Virus record (IMG/VR): IMGVR_UViG_3300012685_000001
Span: 1-64,000 of that record
Strand: one strand, 5' to 3'
Length of the DNA stretch: 64,000 nt
DNA from: a virus
The notes beneath the pieces were generated by a model. That model made no database searches and was not told where the DNA came from. It saw only the letters and a program-made list of their open reading frames with translations. Within the stretch, counting starts at the first letter, position 1, and each line of letters opens with the position of its first letter. Positions 1-9,906 of this stretch are shown here, piece after piece. A program made the translations under genes and the position numbers.

Positions 1-439
1 ACTCTTCAGTCAATCGCCACGGCTTGTCAAGGAGCTTGGCCATATTCTCAATGACCTTAACACCAACAGATCGTTCTCCACGTCCGGCACGGAGAATGTC
101 ACGAGCTGCACATGTCTGCATGGCAATATGAGTGAAGTCCTGAATCTTGAACAAAACATCACCATCAAAGAGATTCTTATAACGCTTAGGCATATTGGAA
201 CGCAGATGGGTATTATCCACAATGACATCCTTACCTGCGTCAACAGCGGCAAGGATAGCCTGATCCTGAATACTGAGCGCAATAGCCTCAGCATCCTTAC
301 TATAAGGAAGACTCAGCATCGCACGGATATCATCCATATTCACACGGACAATCTTACCGTTCGAATTCTCAACCTCTTCCTTAGCCCACATGCTCTTCCC
401 TGACGCCGGAAGCCCGTATGTCAGCGTGATCGTCTGCAC
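1..439 (-). CDS. Polynucleotide kinase (T4 PseT-like kinase domain), truncated by window start
   Basis: Not in ORF track. Manual translation from GTG at 439 after AGGAGG RBS: MQTITLTYGLPASGKSMWAKEE..IVRVNMDDIRAML..GKDVIVDNTHL. Walker A, R-x-x-x-D-D-x-R and DNT motifs typical of PNK. Confidence 0.85.
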   Translation of the reverse strand, partial: MQTITLTYGLPASGKSMWAKEEVENSNGKIVRVNMDDIRAMLSLPYSKDAEAIALSIQDQAILAAVDAGKDVIVDNTHLRSNMPKRYKNLFDGDVLFKIQDFTHIAMQTCAARDILRAGRGERSVGVKVIENMAKLLDKPWRLTEE

Positions 440-644
440 TCTTTCCTCCTTGATAAAAGTTCTTGGCATAAAGACCTGCGTACATTACACAGACCCAGAT
501 GAATCCATATTGATGAGTCATAACAGCATAGACAATCCAGAGGATCTGATATAAAAAACCTATAGCCCATCCCCATCTACTCTTTGCTGTTATATATACA
601 CCAAGGGCTCCAATCGCAGAGAGGAACCAGCTTGCTATCTCCAT
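381..644 (-). CDS. Small membrane protein, PnuC-like (nicotinamide riboside transporter-like)
   Basis: Three hydrophobic segments with K-x-R-W-G-W and W-x-x-Y-A..Q-Y-G-F patterns seen in short phage PnuC-like proteins; GGGGAG RBS. Confidence 0.55.
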   Translation of the reverse strand: MEIASWFLSAIGALGVYITAKSRWGWAIGFLYQILWIVYAVMTHQYGFIWVCVMYAGLYAKNFYQGGKSADDHADIRASGVREEHVG

Positions 645-733
645 TACTCCCCTAAGATAGATCCAAGAAGACCGGGGGACTCTCCGTTATACCTTGTGGT
701 TGCGGCACTACCCCCGACCCTGTTGAACTGACC

Positions 734-961
734 TTAGTTGTACTCACCCTCAGTTTCGTTATAGCCTTCGTCGTAACCACGTTCAAAGCCTATGTCAAAA
801 CCATCATCATAGGCTTCATCAGCAGCATACTTGAAATGCTTCTTAAGAAACTCAGCTATGGTCTCCTCAAGATTGATTGCACCATACGGATCATACGGAA
901 AAACTACACCGTAATCCTCAAGTTCAATCTTCAGTTCAGCAGCCACCTGATAAACATCCAT
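734..961 (-). CDS. Hypothetical acidic protein
   Basis: ORF coupled to neighbours by stop/start overlap. Confidence 0.6.
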   Translation of the reverse strand: MDVYQVAAELKIELEDYGVVFPYDPYGAINLEETIAEFLKKHFKYAADEAYDDGFDIGFERGYDEGYNETEGEYN

Positions 962-1197
962 CAGAACTCTTTCTCCTCGTTGTATTTAACAGCACACTTG
1001 TCCAGCACATCCATTACAGTGTCCATCTCAGTTTCGAAATCACCATAACGATCAGCCATGGTTTCCCATGCTTCCTTCAGTTCATCCGGAACATCGTAAT
1101 CATCAATGCTGCGCTCACCATAATCAAGAATTCCAGTGATACCACCCTCCCAGTCGATCTTTCCCAGAAGGTCGTAAATATTTCGTGATTCTGTCAT
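961..1197 (-). CDS. Hypothetical acidic protein
   Basis: ORF coupled by ATGA overlap. Confidence 0.65.
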   Translation of the reverse strand: MTESRNIYDLLGKIDWEGGITGILDYGERSIDDYDVPDELKEAWETMADRYGDFETEMDTVMDVLDKCAVKYNEEKEF

Positions 1198-1873
1198 ATA
1201 TTCTCAGTCTTTCGTGTATCAGGACCCACTATCACCAGCGGATCAAACGCATCATGTCGGAAACTGTCAAATGATTCACCATAAACCTCAGGAATTCTCG
1301 ACAGACTTACATTGGTAGTAGCGATAGTAGGCAACGCTCCCTCATACCGTACACGAAGAAGCTCATGAAGAGAAGACTCGGTAAAACCTGAAGCTGTACG
1401 GTGTTCCTGACCAATGTCATCCAAACACAGGAGATGAGCTTGTTCCACTTTACGCAGAACAGCCTTTGCTTTTACCTTGTTATCAGTATCTTCCTTCTCA
1501 AAAGTATCAGTAAGAGCCTTCTTCCAGTCGGAGAAACGAATATAATAAACCTTCCCTGCTGGATTCAGGTATTGAACTTCCGTCAGAAGAGTTGCCGCCA
1601 GAGTGGACTTGCGAGTACCATTACGGCCAACAAGAAGCAACCCCCGACCAATATTGTTTCGATTATCCGGGAATGTTCCTGCCTTTGCTCGTCTAGTCGA
1701 TATATAATGCTCTTCAAAATTCTCAACGAATTCCTGCGCCTTCTTCAGTGCGTGAATACCCGATGCGTGAACATGTTCGTAGTCCTTGAGAAGAAGCCCC
1801 CGAAACTTTACCGGAATGTTGGATACTTCCCACTGGCTCGCCCAATAACTAGGTGGAATCTTACCTATTGCCA
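1194..1873 (-). CDS. DnaC/IstB-like AAA+ ATPase (helicase loader)
   Basis: IPVKFRG N-terminal motif, variant Walker A GRNGTRKST, Walker B LLCLDDIG, LLRVRY..LPTIATTN; start placed at MAIGKIP. Confidence 0.8.
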
Positions 1874-2247
1874 TGTGTCTTTTCCCACTCCTCTTCAATG
1901 AGATCCCACTCGCTCTTCACAGTTGCTGGATTCAATCTAGCACTGATCTGTTCAGCATGTGAGAGAAAATCTGACCATCCCGGAGTCTTCCCTCTCAGAG
2001 AAGAATCTTTCATGTACAGATCTATCATGGTTCTGACTGTAGCAGAATCTGTATGGGATTTCCACTTGGCAAACTGTGCAGACAGAGCTTGAATATTTAC
2101 CATACCAAAACCTGAGTGCCAGGAAGCGCCTATGAATTTGTTCTGAAAATACTTGGCCAGTTCAACTGAGTTATAAGACGACTTAGTGGGAATCTCCTCT
2201 TCCTTTGAAGACCCCCACAGATCGTCCCAGAATTCCTGAGAACTCAA
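1861..2247 (-). CDS. Hypothetical protein, possibly a replication partner of the DnaC-like ATPase
   Basis: 128-aa ORF directly upstream of and overlapping the ATPase. Confidence 0.6.
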   Translation of the reverse strand: MSSQEFWDDLWGSSKEEEIPTKSSYNSVELAKYFQNKFIGASWHSGFGMVNIQALSAQFAKWKSHTDSATVRTMIDLYMKDSSLRGKTPGWSDFLSHAEQISARLNPATVKSEWDLIEEEWEKTHGNR

Positions 2248-2248
2248 A

Positions 2249-2518
2249 TTATTCTCCTAGCGAATGAACATGACGTACCTTAATGGCTACATCAGTAGGA
2301 ACATCATTCTCTACCATATGATAAAGGCCCTTACACACAAAGTCCCAATTGAGACGAGTATTCTTGGCGTCTTCACTGGTAAAAAACTCAGAAAAAGCTT
2401 CCTTGTAATCCTGTTCAGCACAGAACTTCGCATACCCGAAATCACCATAGAGTTCATTCCCTGGCCATTCCGGCCAGTCATCCATGATAACTTCGAAAAC
2501 ATAGTCAGACTTGCTCAC
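2249..2518 (-). CDS. Hypothetical protein
   Basis: ORF in tightly packed operon. Confidence 0.65.
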   Translation of the reverse strand: MSKSDYVFEVIMDDWPEWPGNELYGDFGYAKFCAEQDYKEAFSEFFTSEDAKNTRLNWDFVCKGLYHMVENDVPTDVAIKVRHVHSLGE

Positions 2519-2829
2519 TTGTGATCTCCTTCAAGCTCTCGGAATTCATCCCACCAGGTACGTTCAGCAGGCTTGGTCTTGAATGTGTCCTTGTAAAGCA
2601 TCTCAGCAGTATTGCGAATAGCTTCCTTGGGAGGCAACTTCACCAGTTCATTGTTCTCACCACAAACATAGTCCCCTCCCATGAATTCTGCAACAGTCTT
2701 GTCCCACAGATGCTTACGCGGCTGCTTGATAGCTACATAAAAGAAAGCCCATGGGTCACTGCGCACACGGTAGTACAGATCATCGGGAAGTTCTGGTGCT
2801 CCAAGATCAAGCATCTCCTGCATAGTCAT
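2515..2829 (-). CDS. Hypothetical protein
   Basis: ORF in tightly packed operon. Confidence 0.65.
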   Translation of the reverse strand: MTMQEMLDLGAPELPDDLYYRVRSDPWAFFYVAIKQPRKHLWDKTVAEFMGGDYVCGENNELVKLPPKEAIRNTAEMLYKDTFKTKPAERTWWDEFRELEGDHK

Positions 2830-3041
2830 CAGGCATTCCCCAAATCATATCGAAGTGTACTGACTACAGCATAGGCACTGTTAATTGCATTACGCAGATT
2901 ATTGACTTCATTCTGCAAACTCTCTGCGTACTCAGTCATATCCTGACCATTAGCAGCAGAATAAAGCTTCTGATACTCCTCATCAGACAGGAAATAACCT
3001 GACTCTCCGTCAATACTCATAGGGGTATAGATAACATCCAT
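2829..3041 (-). CDS. Hypothetical protein
   Basis: ORF coupled by TGATG overlaps. Confidence 0.65.
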   Translation of the reverse strand: MDVIYTPMSIDGESGYFLSDEEYQKLYSAANGQDMTEYAESLQNEVNNLRNAINSAYAVVSTLRYDLGNA

Positions 3042-4015
3042 CAGTTCTCCTTAAGAATCCGGGTAAAGGTATCCATGATCTTGCCGAAAGATTCAGTGAG
3101 TTCCTTGATACCTGCGCTCAATTCAGACAGGTCATCCTTCTTGACGTAGACCATACCACGCTGCTCAATCTGTGCATGGTTCAGCATCACGTCATCCCAG
3201 ACTTCCTCTGTCTTCTTGGGAAGAATTACATTGGCAGAGAGTACAGCATCCTTAGGAAGAGGCTCACGGAAAGGATTGGGACCAGTCTTAACAAATTCCA
3301 GCCCAGCAACCTCCACAGTAGTACCTACAGGAAGGCTCTCAGCAGCCTTCTCAGGCTCTTCCACGGGCTTGGTGACCTTGGGTGTCACTGCCTTCCTGGG
3401 AGCCCGCTTACGGGGCACTGAGGGCTTTTCGTCTACAGGAGTCTCAGCCCTCTGCTTCTCCTCAAACTCCTTCTTCAGTTGAGCCTCCTTCTCAAGTTCT
3501 TTAACTGACTTATATCCCTCAAAGGAATCAATAAGTCCTTCACAGAGATTCAGAGTAGTCAACCAATCACAACTTTTGGCATCCCCAATAATCTCGAAAT
3601 CAGAAAGAGAAGAATCACCCTGTTCATAAGTACTCTTCGGGTTATAGGCCATGATGAAAGCAGTCTCATCTTCGTCATTGCACTGATCAAGGAAATTCAA
3701 TCCCCATTCCAGGGCCTCCCTTTCCCCATCCACACGGACAAAGGATTCCTCTGGCAGGGCAGAAAGCTCACGAGTCATTGGAGCATCCTTGGCCTGAATA
3801 ACCGTGAACTTGAACTGCCAAGTAGTTCCCAGCTTGATCAGATTACGGACACCTGGACCCATCTGGGAAAGCAGAGGAATAATCACATGAACTTCCCTCT
3901 CGGAATCCTCAGTGGGGAAAACCCATTCACCAAGAGACTGCTCCAAATGCGGCACAGTTACATTGCCGGAACCAGTGACCATAATGGTAAGATCCCGATC
4001 GAAATCGCGAGTCAA
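3041..4015 (-). CDS. Hypothetical protein with alpha/beta N-domain and Lys/Pro/Glu-rich linker
   Basis: 324-aa ORF; AGGAG RBS before TTG start. Confidence 0.7.
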   Translation of the reverse strand: MTRDFDRDLTIMVTGSGNVTVPHLEQSLGEWVFPTEDSEREVHVIIPLLSQMGPGVRNLIKLGTTWQFKFTVIQAKDAPMTRELSALPEESFVRVDGEREALEWGLNFLDQCNDEDETAFIMAYNPKSTYEQGDSSLSDFEIIGDAKSCDWLTTLNLCEGLIDSFEGYKSVKELEKEAQLKKEFEEKQRAETPVDEKPSVPRKRAPRKAVTPKVTKPVEEPEKAAESLPVGTTVEVAGLEFVKTGPNPFREPLPKDAVLSANVILPKKTEEVWDDVMLNHAQIEQRGMVYVKKDDLSELSAGIKELTESFGKIMDTFTRILKEN

Positions 4016-4024
4016 TTTATTCTC

Positions 4025-4294
4025 CTAAGGTGGTGGTGGAATACTTGAACGTCTTTGTGGTTTGACAGCAGTCTTGGGTACAGATAAATCTCTGTTGGTC
4101 AAAAGCTGCAACAGCATAAGTCCACCAGCCACAGCCAGAATGTTCCTGGTCTCTGTTGGGGTATGCCAACAACCATAGGCAATCAAAGGTATAACTGTCA
4201 AGTGAATCAGCCAGTCGGTTAAGAACCGTGTGATGTATCCTCTGATGAACATCCAGATCCATGCAGCCATCAGAACTGTTGTAAGAATTTCCAT
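4025..4294 (-). CDS. Small membrane protein
   Basis: MEILTTV.. start after AAGGAG; three hydrophobic segments and basic tail. Confidence 0.6.
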   Translation of the reverse strand: MEILTTVLMAAWIWMFIRGYITRFLTDWLIHLTVIPLIAYGCWHTPTETRNILAVAGGLMLLQLLTNRDLSVPKTAVKPQRRSSIPPPP

Positions 4295-4337
4295 ACGCTC
4301 TCCTTGGTAGGGCATCAGAGTACCAGACGATCAAAGC

Positions 4338-4366
4338 TTGACAGGTACCACGATTCTCCGTATACT
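4338..4366 (+). promoter_or_regulatory. Sigma70/HrdB-type promoter
   Basis: TTGACA-17 nt-TATACT. Confidence 0.6.
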
Positions 4367-4406
4367 TTTCTTTATAATCTTTTAAATATAAGTACTTATA
4401 TAAATA

Positions 4407-4441
4407 AAAAGAGAGATATAGATTATCTATATCTCTCTTTT
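4407..4441. terminator. Perfect inverted repeat, likely bidirectional terminator of the tail operon
   Basis: AAAAGAGAGATATAGA-TTA-TCTATATCTCTCTTTT just past the stop of the last tail gene. Confidence 0.7.
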
Positions 4442-4454
4442 ATGTTTTTAAATA

Positions 4455-6842
4455 TTAAGTTATAGGTTGAGCAAATTTAAGATTATAAGATTCACCTATA
4501 GGAGTTACTAAAGATAAAGCCCTATTAAGTCTAAGAAATTTATTATTATAATCCTTATAGAAATAAGAACGGGAAAGATTAGCTGTTCCACCTGATTCCC
4601 ATTTATAATCAGCAGAAGCAAAACCGCCGTCAAAGTAACCTTGATAATTAGTTGCTTCTTCCACCATCAGAGAATCTACCCAGAAAGAAAATGGAGCATG
4701 AGCTAAGTCAGGAAATTTCACATAGAAATACATGTAGTATTCAGTAAGCCCATTAGGAGGAACAGTATAAGTGGTCTGAATTCTCGTCCAGTTACCATCT
4801 ATATTTTCTGGATCGGTTATTTTTGTAGTGTTGGTACTTATAGCATCAAGACCAAGAACATTACTGTCCTTGAAGTCCATATAAACATCTGGACAGTTGG
4901 TTCCCTGTCTTATCCAAGCGGTAATAGTATAAGTATGTCCTATCTTCAATCCTTGGATAATAGGAATTCTTCCTGATGCTCCAAAATTAGCAGTAGTAGA
5001 AACTCCTACTCTTGCATTACTTCCTCCAGTAAAGGTTCCACTGAGAGCTGCAAAATCCACACGCATTGAACCTGCGGATTTGTATCCAACAGTATTGTCC
5101 CAAGCCATTGTTGCCGGATTAGGAGAACCTGATGTACCAATGGTTCCCACGAACCACTCAGACGTCCCTGTATTGAACCCTGAATTCAATACGTAGTTAA
5201 CTCTGTCAGCTTTCACGTTTACCTGAGCTGTTCTGGGATCAGAATAATCTGCTGGTGCTTCCGAGATAGAAAGAGAAGCCCCAGTAATAGTGTGATTACT
5301 CATATAGGTCGTCTCTACAATTCCGGAGGAAACATTTACAACAGGAACCACAGCAGCCCATACAGCGGTATTAGGAACAGACGTAGCCAGTACAGTTCCT
5401 GGTTGCCATACTCCGCCACCAGGATGTGTATTCTTATTTGTAATAGTTGCCTGGTTATATGTAGTAGCACTAAGAATTACATAATTGGCATCAAAGAATA
5501 CAAGACTGGCAAACCATGTTGTACTAGCTCTGGCAGTAGACAGGTAAACAACTCCAAAGAGACTTTCTGCAACCCCACCACTTTGCTGTACAGGTATTAA
5601 TGCTCCTGACTGAGGTAAAGGAAGATAAGCCAGAGTTCCATCCCCAATAGTTGCTGGAGAAGTATTGCTTATCATCTTTCCAGAATATTGACCTGTAAGA
5701 GGATGTTCAGTACTTCTCATTACACTGCTGAGTGTTCCTCTCCCCGGACTATAAGCACAAAGTGTGTCATAAATGCTGGCATCAAGAGAAAGACGATTAT
5801 TCAGGCCAGGAGTTTTTTCTATCTGAAAATTAGTACTCGCGGCGCTGACATTGCTGGCACTGAGACCAATACTATGTTCGAATGAAGCATATGCCGCAGG
5901 TTGCCAATAACTACCATCACGATAAGGAGCAGGATAAGTACTAGGATTAAATACTCTGGTCCATGTCGCCTGAGTAAGAGGATTAGCTGCTGATAAATTA
6001 GTAGCAACCCCAGGCTTCCATGAAGTAAACATTTGAGGATCAATAGTTCTCAAAGTTGTATAGACAAAATCTGTAAGGCCTCCATCAGGAATTCCCAGAG
6101 TTGCAGTAAAGGATGATTTAAGATTTCCTGTACCGTTTACTCGGCCTGACAGTTCATTTGGATTAGTAACAACGGCATTACCAGCTACAGCACTGATACC
6201 GTTCGCACTACCTGTAAGAATCAGACCGTTATTAGATGTATTGACACTGGAAATATAGGAACGAATACCTGAACTTTCCAGTCCTGTGAAACCTGAAAAG
6301 AATGTCACTGTTACAGAAGAAGCATCCCATAAATAAGGAACACTCCCCTGCTGGGTCCAGGTAATACCATTGGGTGAAGTATCGAAGAATAAAGTCACAC
6401 TGTTCTGATTACGGATACGCCAATAAGCATGGGCTGTTGGATCATATGTAGGCATCTGAGCAATAGTGACATTAGAATTGTCAGACACGTAGGCATTGAA
6501 CTGACCATTGGGTCCATAAGACATTTCTACATAGTTATGAAGATTGTCCTTAATAAGGATTCCAGTCTGTATCCCTGATGTAGATACAGGAGGAGTTATC
6601 TTCGCAAAGAAATAACTGTTCTCCAGATCATAAGAAGAAGCTCCTACATAACTGGGAGAATCTGACGCTTCTGCATAGGACATTAACTGAACAACATCAA
6701 AACCATAACTACCACTATTAGTAGTCCACTGAGGATTAAGAAGTCTGTCAGTTCCCCCAAATCCTCCATCACCGAAACCGAAGAAACCGAAGTCGTCTCT
6801 AAGAAAGACGTCACCTATTGAACTTGTTTTTGGAAGTGACAT
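4455..6842 (-). CDS. Tail fibre/baseplate-associated protein with carbohydrate-binding-like beta-sandwich domains
   Basis: 795 aa, S/T/G-rich; NYVLNSGF..W..G motif typical of CBM4/9-like jelly rolls; end of tail module. Confidence 0.65.
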   Translation of the reverse strand: MSLPKTSSIGDVFLRDDFGFFGFGDGGFGGTDRLLNPQWTTNSGSYGFDVVQLMSYAEASDSPSYVGASSYDLENSYFFAKITPPVSTSGIQTGILIKDNLHNYVEMSYGPNGQFNAYVSDNSNVTIAQMPTYDPTAHAYWRIRNQNSVTLFFDTSPNGITWTQQGSVPYLWDASSVTVTFFSGFTGLESSGIRSYISSVNTSNNGLILTGSANGISAVAGNAVVTNPNELSGRVNGTGNLKSSFTATLGIPDGGLTDFVYTTLRTIDPQMFTSWKPGVATNLSAANPLTQATWTRVFNPSTYPAPYRDGSYWQPAAYASFEHSIGLSASNVSAASTNFQIEKTPGLNNRLSLDASIYDTLCAYSPGRGTLSSVMRSTEHPLTGQYSGKMISNTSPATIGDGTLAYLPLPQSGALIPVQQSGGVAESLFGVVYLSTARASTTWFASLVFFDANYVILSATTYNQATITNKNTHPGGGVWQPGTVLATSVPNTAVWAAVVPVVNVSSGIVETTYMSNHTITGASLSISEAPADYSDPRTAQVNVKADRVNYVLNSGFNTGTSEWFVGTIGTSGSPNPATMAWDNTVGYKSAGSMRVDFAALSGTFTGGSNARVGVSTTANFGASGRIPIIQGLKIGHTYTITAWIRQGTNCPDVYMDFKDSNVLGLDAISTNTTKITDPENIDGNWTRIQTTYTVPPNGLTEYYMYFYVKFPDLAHAPFSFWVDSLMVEEATNYQGYFDGGFASADYKWESGGTANLSRSYFYKDYNNKFLRLNRALSLVTPIGESYNLKFAQPIT

Positions 6843-9212
6843 TTATAGTGCTCCAGTTGCTGAATACTTTTGAATAAGACCAACCTTACCAACTACTGTA
6901 GGACCATTTACATTCAAAGCAAGAGTAGCCAAAGTTCCTGCCCCATCCCTGGCATATTTGTAAACAGTAGTTGAAGTTGTATTGATATCAATTATCATAC
7001 GGTCTCCATCAGAAAGTCTGGTCCATGTAGCTACTACAGATTCAACTCCAGCCACTACTTTGAACAGTGTCTTTCTTGTGGCATACCAGAAATTGGAAGC
7101 ATCCACAAAGGCAAAGATTATTCCGTGTGTCTTTGTTGTTACGTCTGTATAGTCAGTAGCAAAAGTCACGCCAACTCTTCCAGCAGTCGGAGCAGAAGCA
7201 GGAGATAGCAAACTGTATATATAAGTAGTAGTGCTTGCTAGCGTCTGATCCACAGAAGCCATACCATAATTTGTTTTCCATAAATTTGCTGTTGCTGGGG
7301 TACTGGCCCAAGTACTTGTACTCAATCTTCCTTGTGTCACACAGTTGATAAGATTTGCTTCTGTTGTGCCCTGTAGATCTGAATAGTCGATAATAAAGTT
7401 TGCCAGGACTCCTACTGTTCCACGATTATACACAGAATAGTTGGCAGCAAAGTTATTGACAAGATTTCCTTGCTTGTCATAAAAATAAAAAGCATCAGTA
7501 GCTGTGGCACTGGTAGATGCAGCAATCATTGCGGTATATGAAGATTGCACAAGAGATTCCTGTGCTGGAGCAATGAATGTCCATGAACCATTTGAGTAAT
7601 AACTACCTGTAGGCAGACTATTCTTATTGTCTTGTGCTGCACGATAGACTCTGCCGAAATATTCTACATAATCATCTTGTACATAACTTACTGTGGCACT
7701 CCAAACAGGAAATTGCTCTATAGGATTTCCATCAAGAACAGTATTAGGTGTATCAGATGTTGTGTAATAAACAGGCATCCAAAAACTGTTATCCAGATTA
7801 GGGGCTACTGCACCATGAGGCTTTGCTGGTCCTGATGGTTTTAAAGCTTTGTAGTAGTAACCATCAGTGAAAAGAACAAAATTGTCTATCTCATAATTTA
7901 CTACAGCTGAATAACTAGGAGTAAATAATGTAGCCAGACTCAGTATGTTATATGTACCTGTAACTGTCTGATTGGAAACAATGGCATTCCAGTTATTGAT
8001 TGCCGTATCTGTAGGATGCGGAAGACTAGTCATTACACCAAGAATAGATCCACTGGTCACCACATTTGTATGCCAGGACCACGTTGAATACTGATTAGTA
8101 CGAGGATTCTTATTGACTGTAGTATCAAGTACTTGACTTTGTACCTGCCACCACGTGTTATTTGTATTGGTTCCTGTAGGAGCTTGCGCTTGTCCTACAG
8201 ACTGAACAAGATTCTTGTAATTGTAACCATTATATTGAATAAGATTATTTACAAAATAGGTGGTATTCGAACTCCATAAATCATAACTAGGATGATAGAA
8301 AGAAGTCTGATCAGCTGTGTTCATTACATTGGGACCATAGGTAATATCAGAATCCCAGCCACTCAGTTCAGCAATCAGATTATGAATGCTCTGAGTTTCT
8401 CCCTTAATACGATAATTTACAGCCGCGTTCTTTACACGCTGTCTTCTTTGTTGTGGTGTAGAAAGATAATCAGTATTGATTCCTAGTTGCTGTCCCAGAA
8501 TATCCAGAGAAGTAGCAGAAACTGTATCTACATTATTCAGATTCAAATACGAATCATATTGAGCCTTAAGAATATCAAGACCAAATCCAAAAAGAGATTC
8601 ATAATGATAAAGAGAAAGATTATCAATAGTTGTATTGGAGAACGTATCTGACGTATTTGTCTTGTAAGGCTGTGGAGTTCTGTCATAGAGTCTCTGGGTA
8701 TATCCTTGATCTCCGAGCGCCAGAGAGGCAGCAAAGCCTGCTGGATACCATGTAGGAACATAGTCTGAAGGAGACCAGAAGGCGGAACCAGCAGCAGGAA
8801 TATGGTTGGTATTACCATTCTGGATACTTGTCCAGTAGAAACCATTGTAAAGAACCTGTTGGTTCAGAACATACGTAGATGCGGAGTTCCATGTAGGTGC
8901 TTCAATAGAAATAAACATGGAATAGTAATAAATTGTTCCGGCATCAAGTCCTGGATCATCATAGGTTCTTATGATAGTTCCAGGATAAATTGTTGTAAGT
9001 ACTATTCCATCTTCAGGTCTGTTGGGATATCCATAAGTACTTCTTACCAACTCCATCAATTTCCACGAAGTAGTATTAGGAGAAGCCCAGGAAAGTACGA
9101 TATCTCCATAAGCTGATTGCTTGGCAGTAAAAGGTGCAATGCTGTAATCAGCAGGCTGTGAGTATCCGTAGGTTGCTAAACCATAGATATCAACACCGTA
9201 TCCTTGGCTCAT
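6843..9212 (-). CDS. Baseplate wedge / tail protein (P2 gpI-like core) with four CBM5/12-like repeats
   Basis: LDILGQQLG..QRRQRVKNA..YRIKG core; W-x5-Y-x4-V-x-Y-N-G-x2-Y repeats; follows baseplate J. Confidence 0.7.
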   Translation of the reverse strand: MSQGYGVDIYGLATYGYSQPADYSIAPFTAKQSAYGDIVLSWASPNTTSWKLMELVRSTYGYPNRPEDGIVLTTIYPGTIIRTYDDPGLDAGTIYYYSMFISIEAPTWNSASTYVLNQQVLYNGFYWTSIQNGNTNHIPAAGSAFWSPSDYVPTWYPAGFAASLALGDQGYTQRLYDRTPQPYKTNTSDTFSNTTIDNLSLYHYESLFGFGLDILKAQYDSYLNLNNVDTVSATSLDILGQQLGINTDYLSTPQQRRQRVKNAAVNYRIKGETQSIHNLIAELSGWDSDITYGPNVMNTADQTSFYHPSYDLWSSNTTYFVNNLIQYNGYNYKNLVQSVGQAQAPTGTNTNNTWWQVQSQVLDTTVNKNPRTNQYSTWSWHTNVVTSGSILGVMTSLPHPTDTAINNWNAIVSNQTVTGTYNILSLATLFTPSYSAVVNYEIDNFVLFTDGYYYKALKPSGPAKPHGAVAPNLDNSFWMPVYYTTSDTPNTVLDGNPIEQFPVWSATVSYVQDDYVEYFGRVYRAAQDNKNSLPTGSYYSNGSWTFIAPAQESLVQSSYTAMIAASTSATATDAFYFYDKQGNLVNNFAANYSVYNRGTVGVLANFIIDYSDLQGTTEANLINCVTQGRLSTSTWASTPATANLWKTNYGMASVDQTLASTTTYIYSLLSPASAPTAGRVGVTFATDYTDVTTKTHGIIFAFVDASNFWYATRKTLFKVVAGVESVVATWTRLSDGDRMIIDINTTSTTVYKYARDGAGTLATLALNVNGPTVVGKVGLIQKYSATGAL

Positions 9213-9227
9213 TTAAACTCCTTGTTG

Positions 9228-9896
9228 TTAAGCTGGTAGATCTCTTAGGTAAGCAATAGTAGCAAAAGCTGTGGCTGTAAGATTACCTGCATGATAAACA
9301 CTCTGATAAGCACGCACATAAACAGAATTTCCCTTGTACCAGGGAAGAGTAATAGATGCAGACTGTCGTATAAAGTCCTGCAAACCTATAGGAGCATAAT
9401 CTGTCTGACATGTAATAAATGAATTGGTACCCGTGAACTGAGCCTCTACCTGAAGTTTTCCATTTCTGTCAAAAGTAGGAAGAAGATTGGGAGTGACTAC
9501 ACTGTCTCTGTGCCATCTTATATAGAAATCAAAATGGTATATACCATCTCGCGGACAAGTAAGAGTAGTACCACCATTCCACATATCATGTGTGTCCATA
9601 AGTTTTGCATTCCACGAAGGAATCTTATCAGTGTTATAAGCCACAGACATATTATTAGCAACTACACCCACATAAGGATTTTCTAGACCTCTTCTTACCG
9701 CTGAGATTCTAGAACTTACTGTTGTATAGCTCTTCTTGACATTATCAATAGTTTCCTGTTGGGGATTAACACCAAGAATTGTCTGTACAGCTCTGATTTC
9801 ATCGTAGGAAACATTGACATCGGCAGCTTCTACTAGCTCTGTATAGTCTTCTCTGTACGAAAATGTTTTAATTGCTGAAGGATAAACCGCTACCAT
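9228..9896 (-). CDS. Minor tail/baseplate protein
   Basis: Position in baseplate cluster; C-terminal beta-rich domain. Confidence 0.6.
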   Translation of the reverse strand: MVAVYPSAIKTFSYREDYTELVEAADVNVSYDEIRAVQTILGVNPQQETIDNVKKSYTTVSSRISAVRRGLENPYVGVVANNMSVAYNTDKIPSWNAKLMDTHDMWNGGTTLTCPRDGIYHFDFYIRWHRDSVVTPNLLPTFDRNGKLQVEAQFTGTNSFITCQTDYAPIGLQDFIRQSASITLPWYKGNSVYVRAYQSVYHAGNLTATAFATIAYLRDLPA

Positions 9897-9906
9897 ATCA
9901 TTCTCC

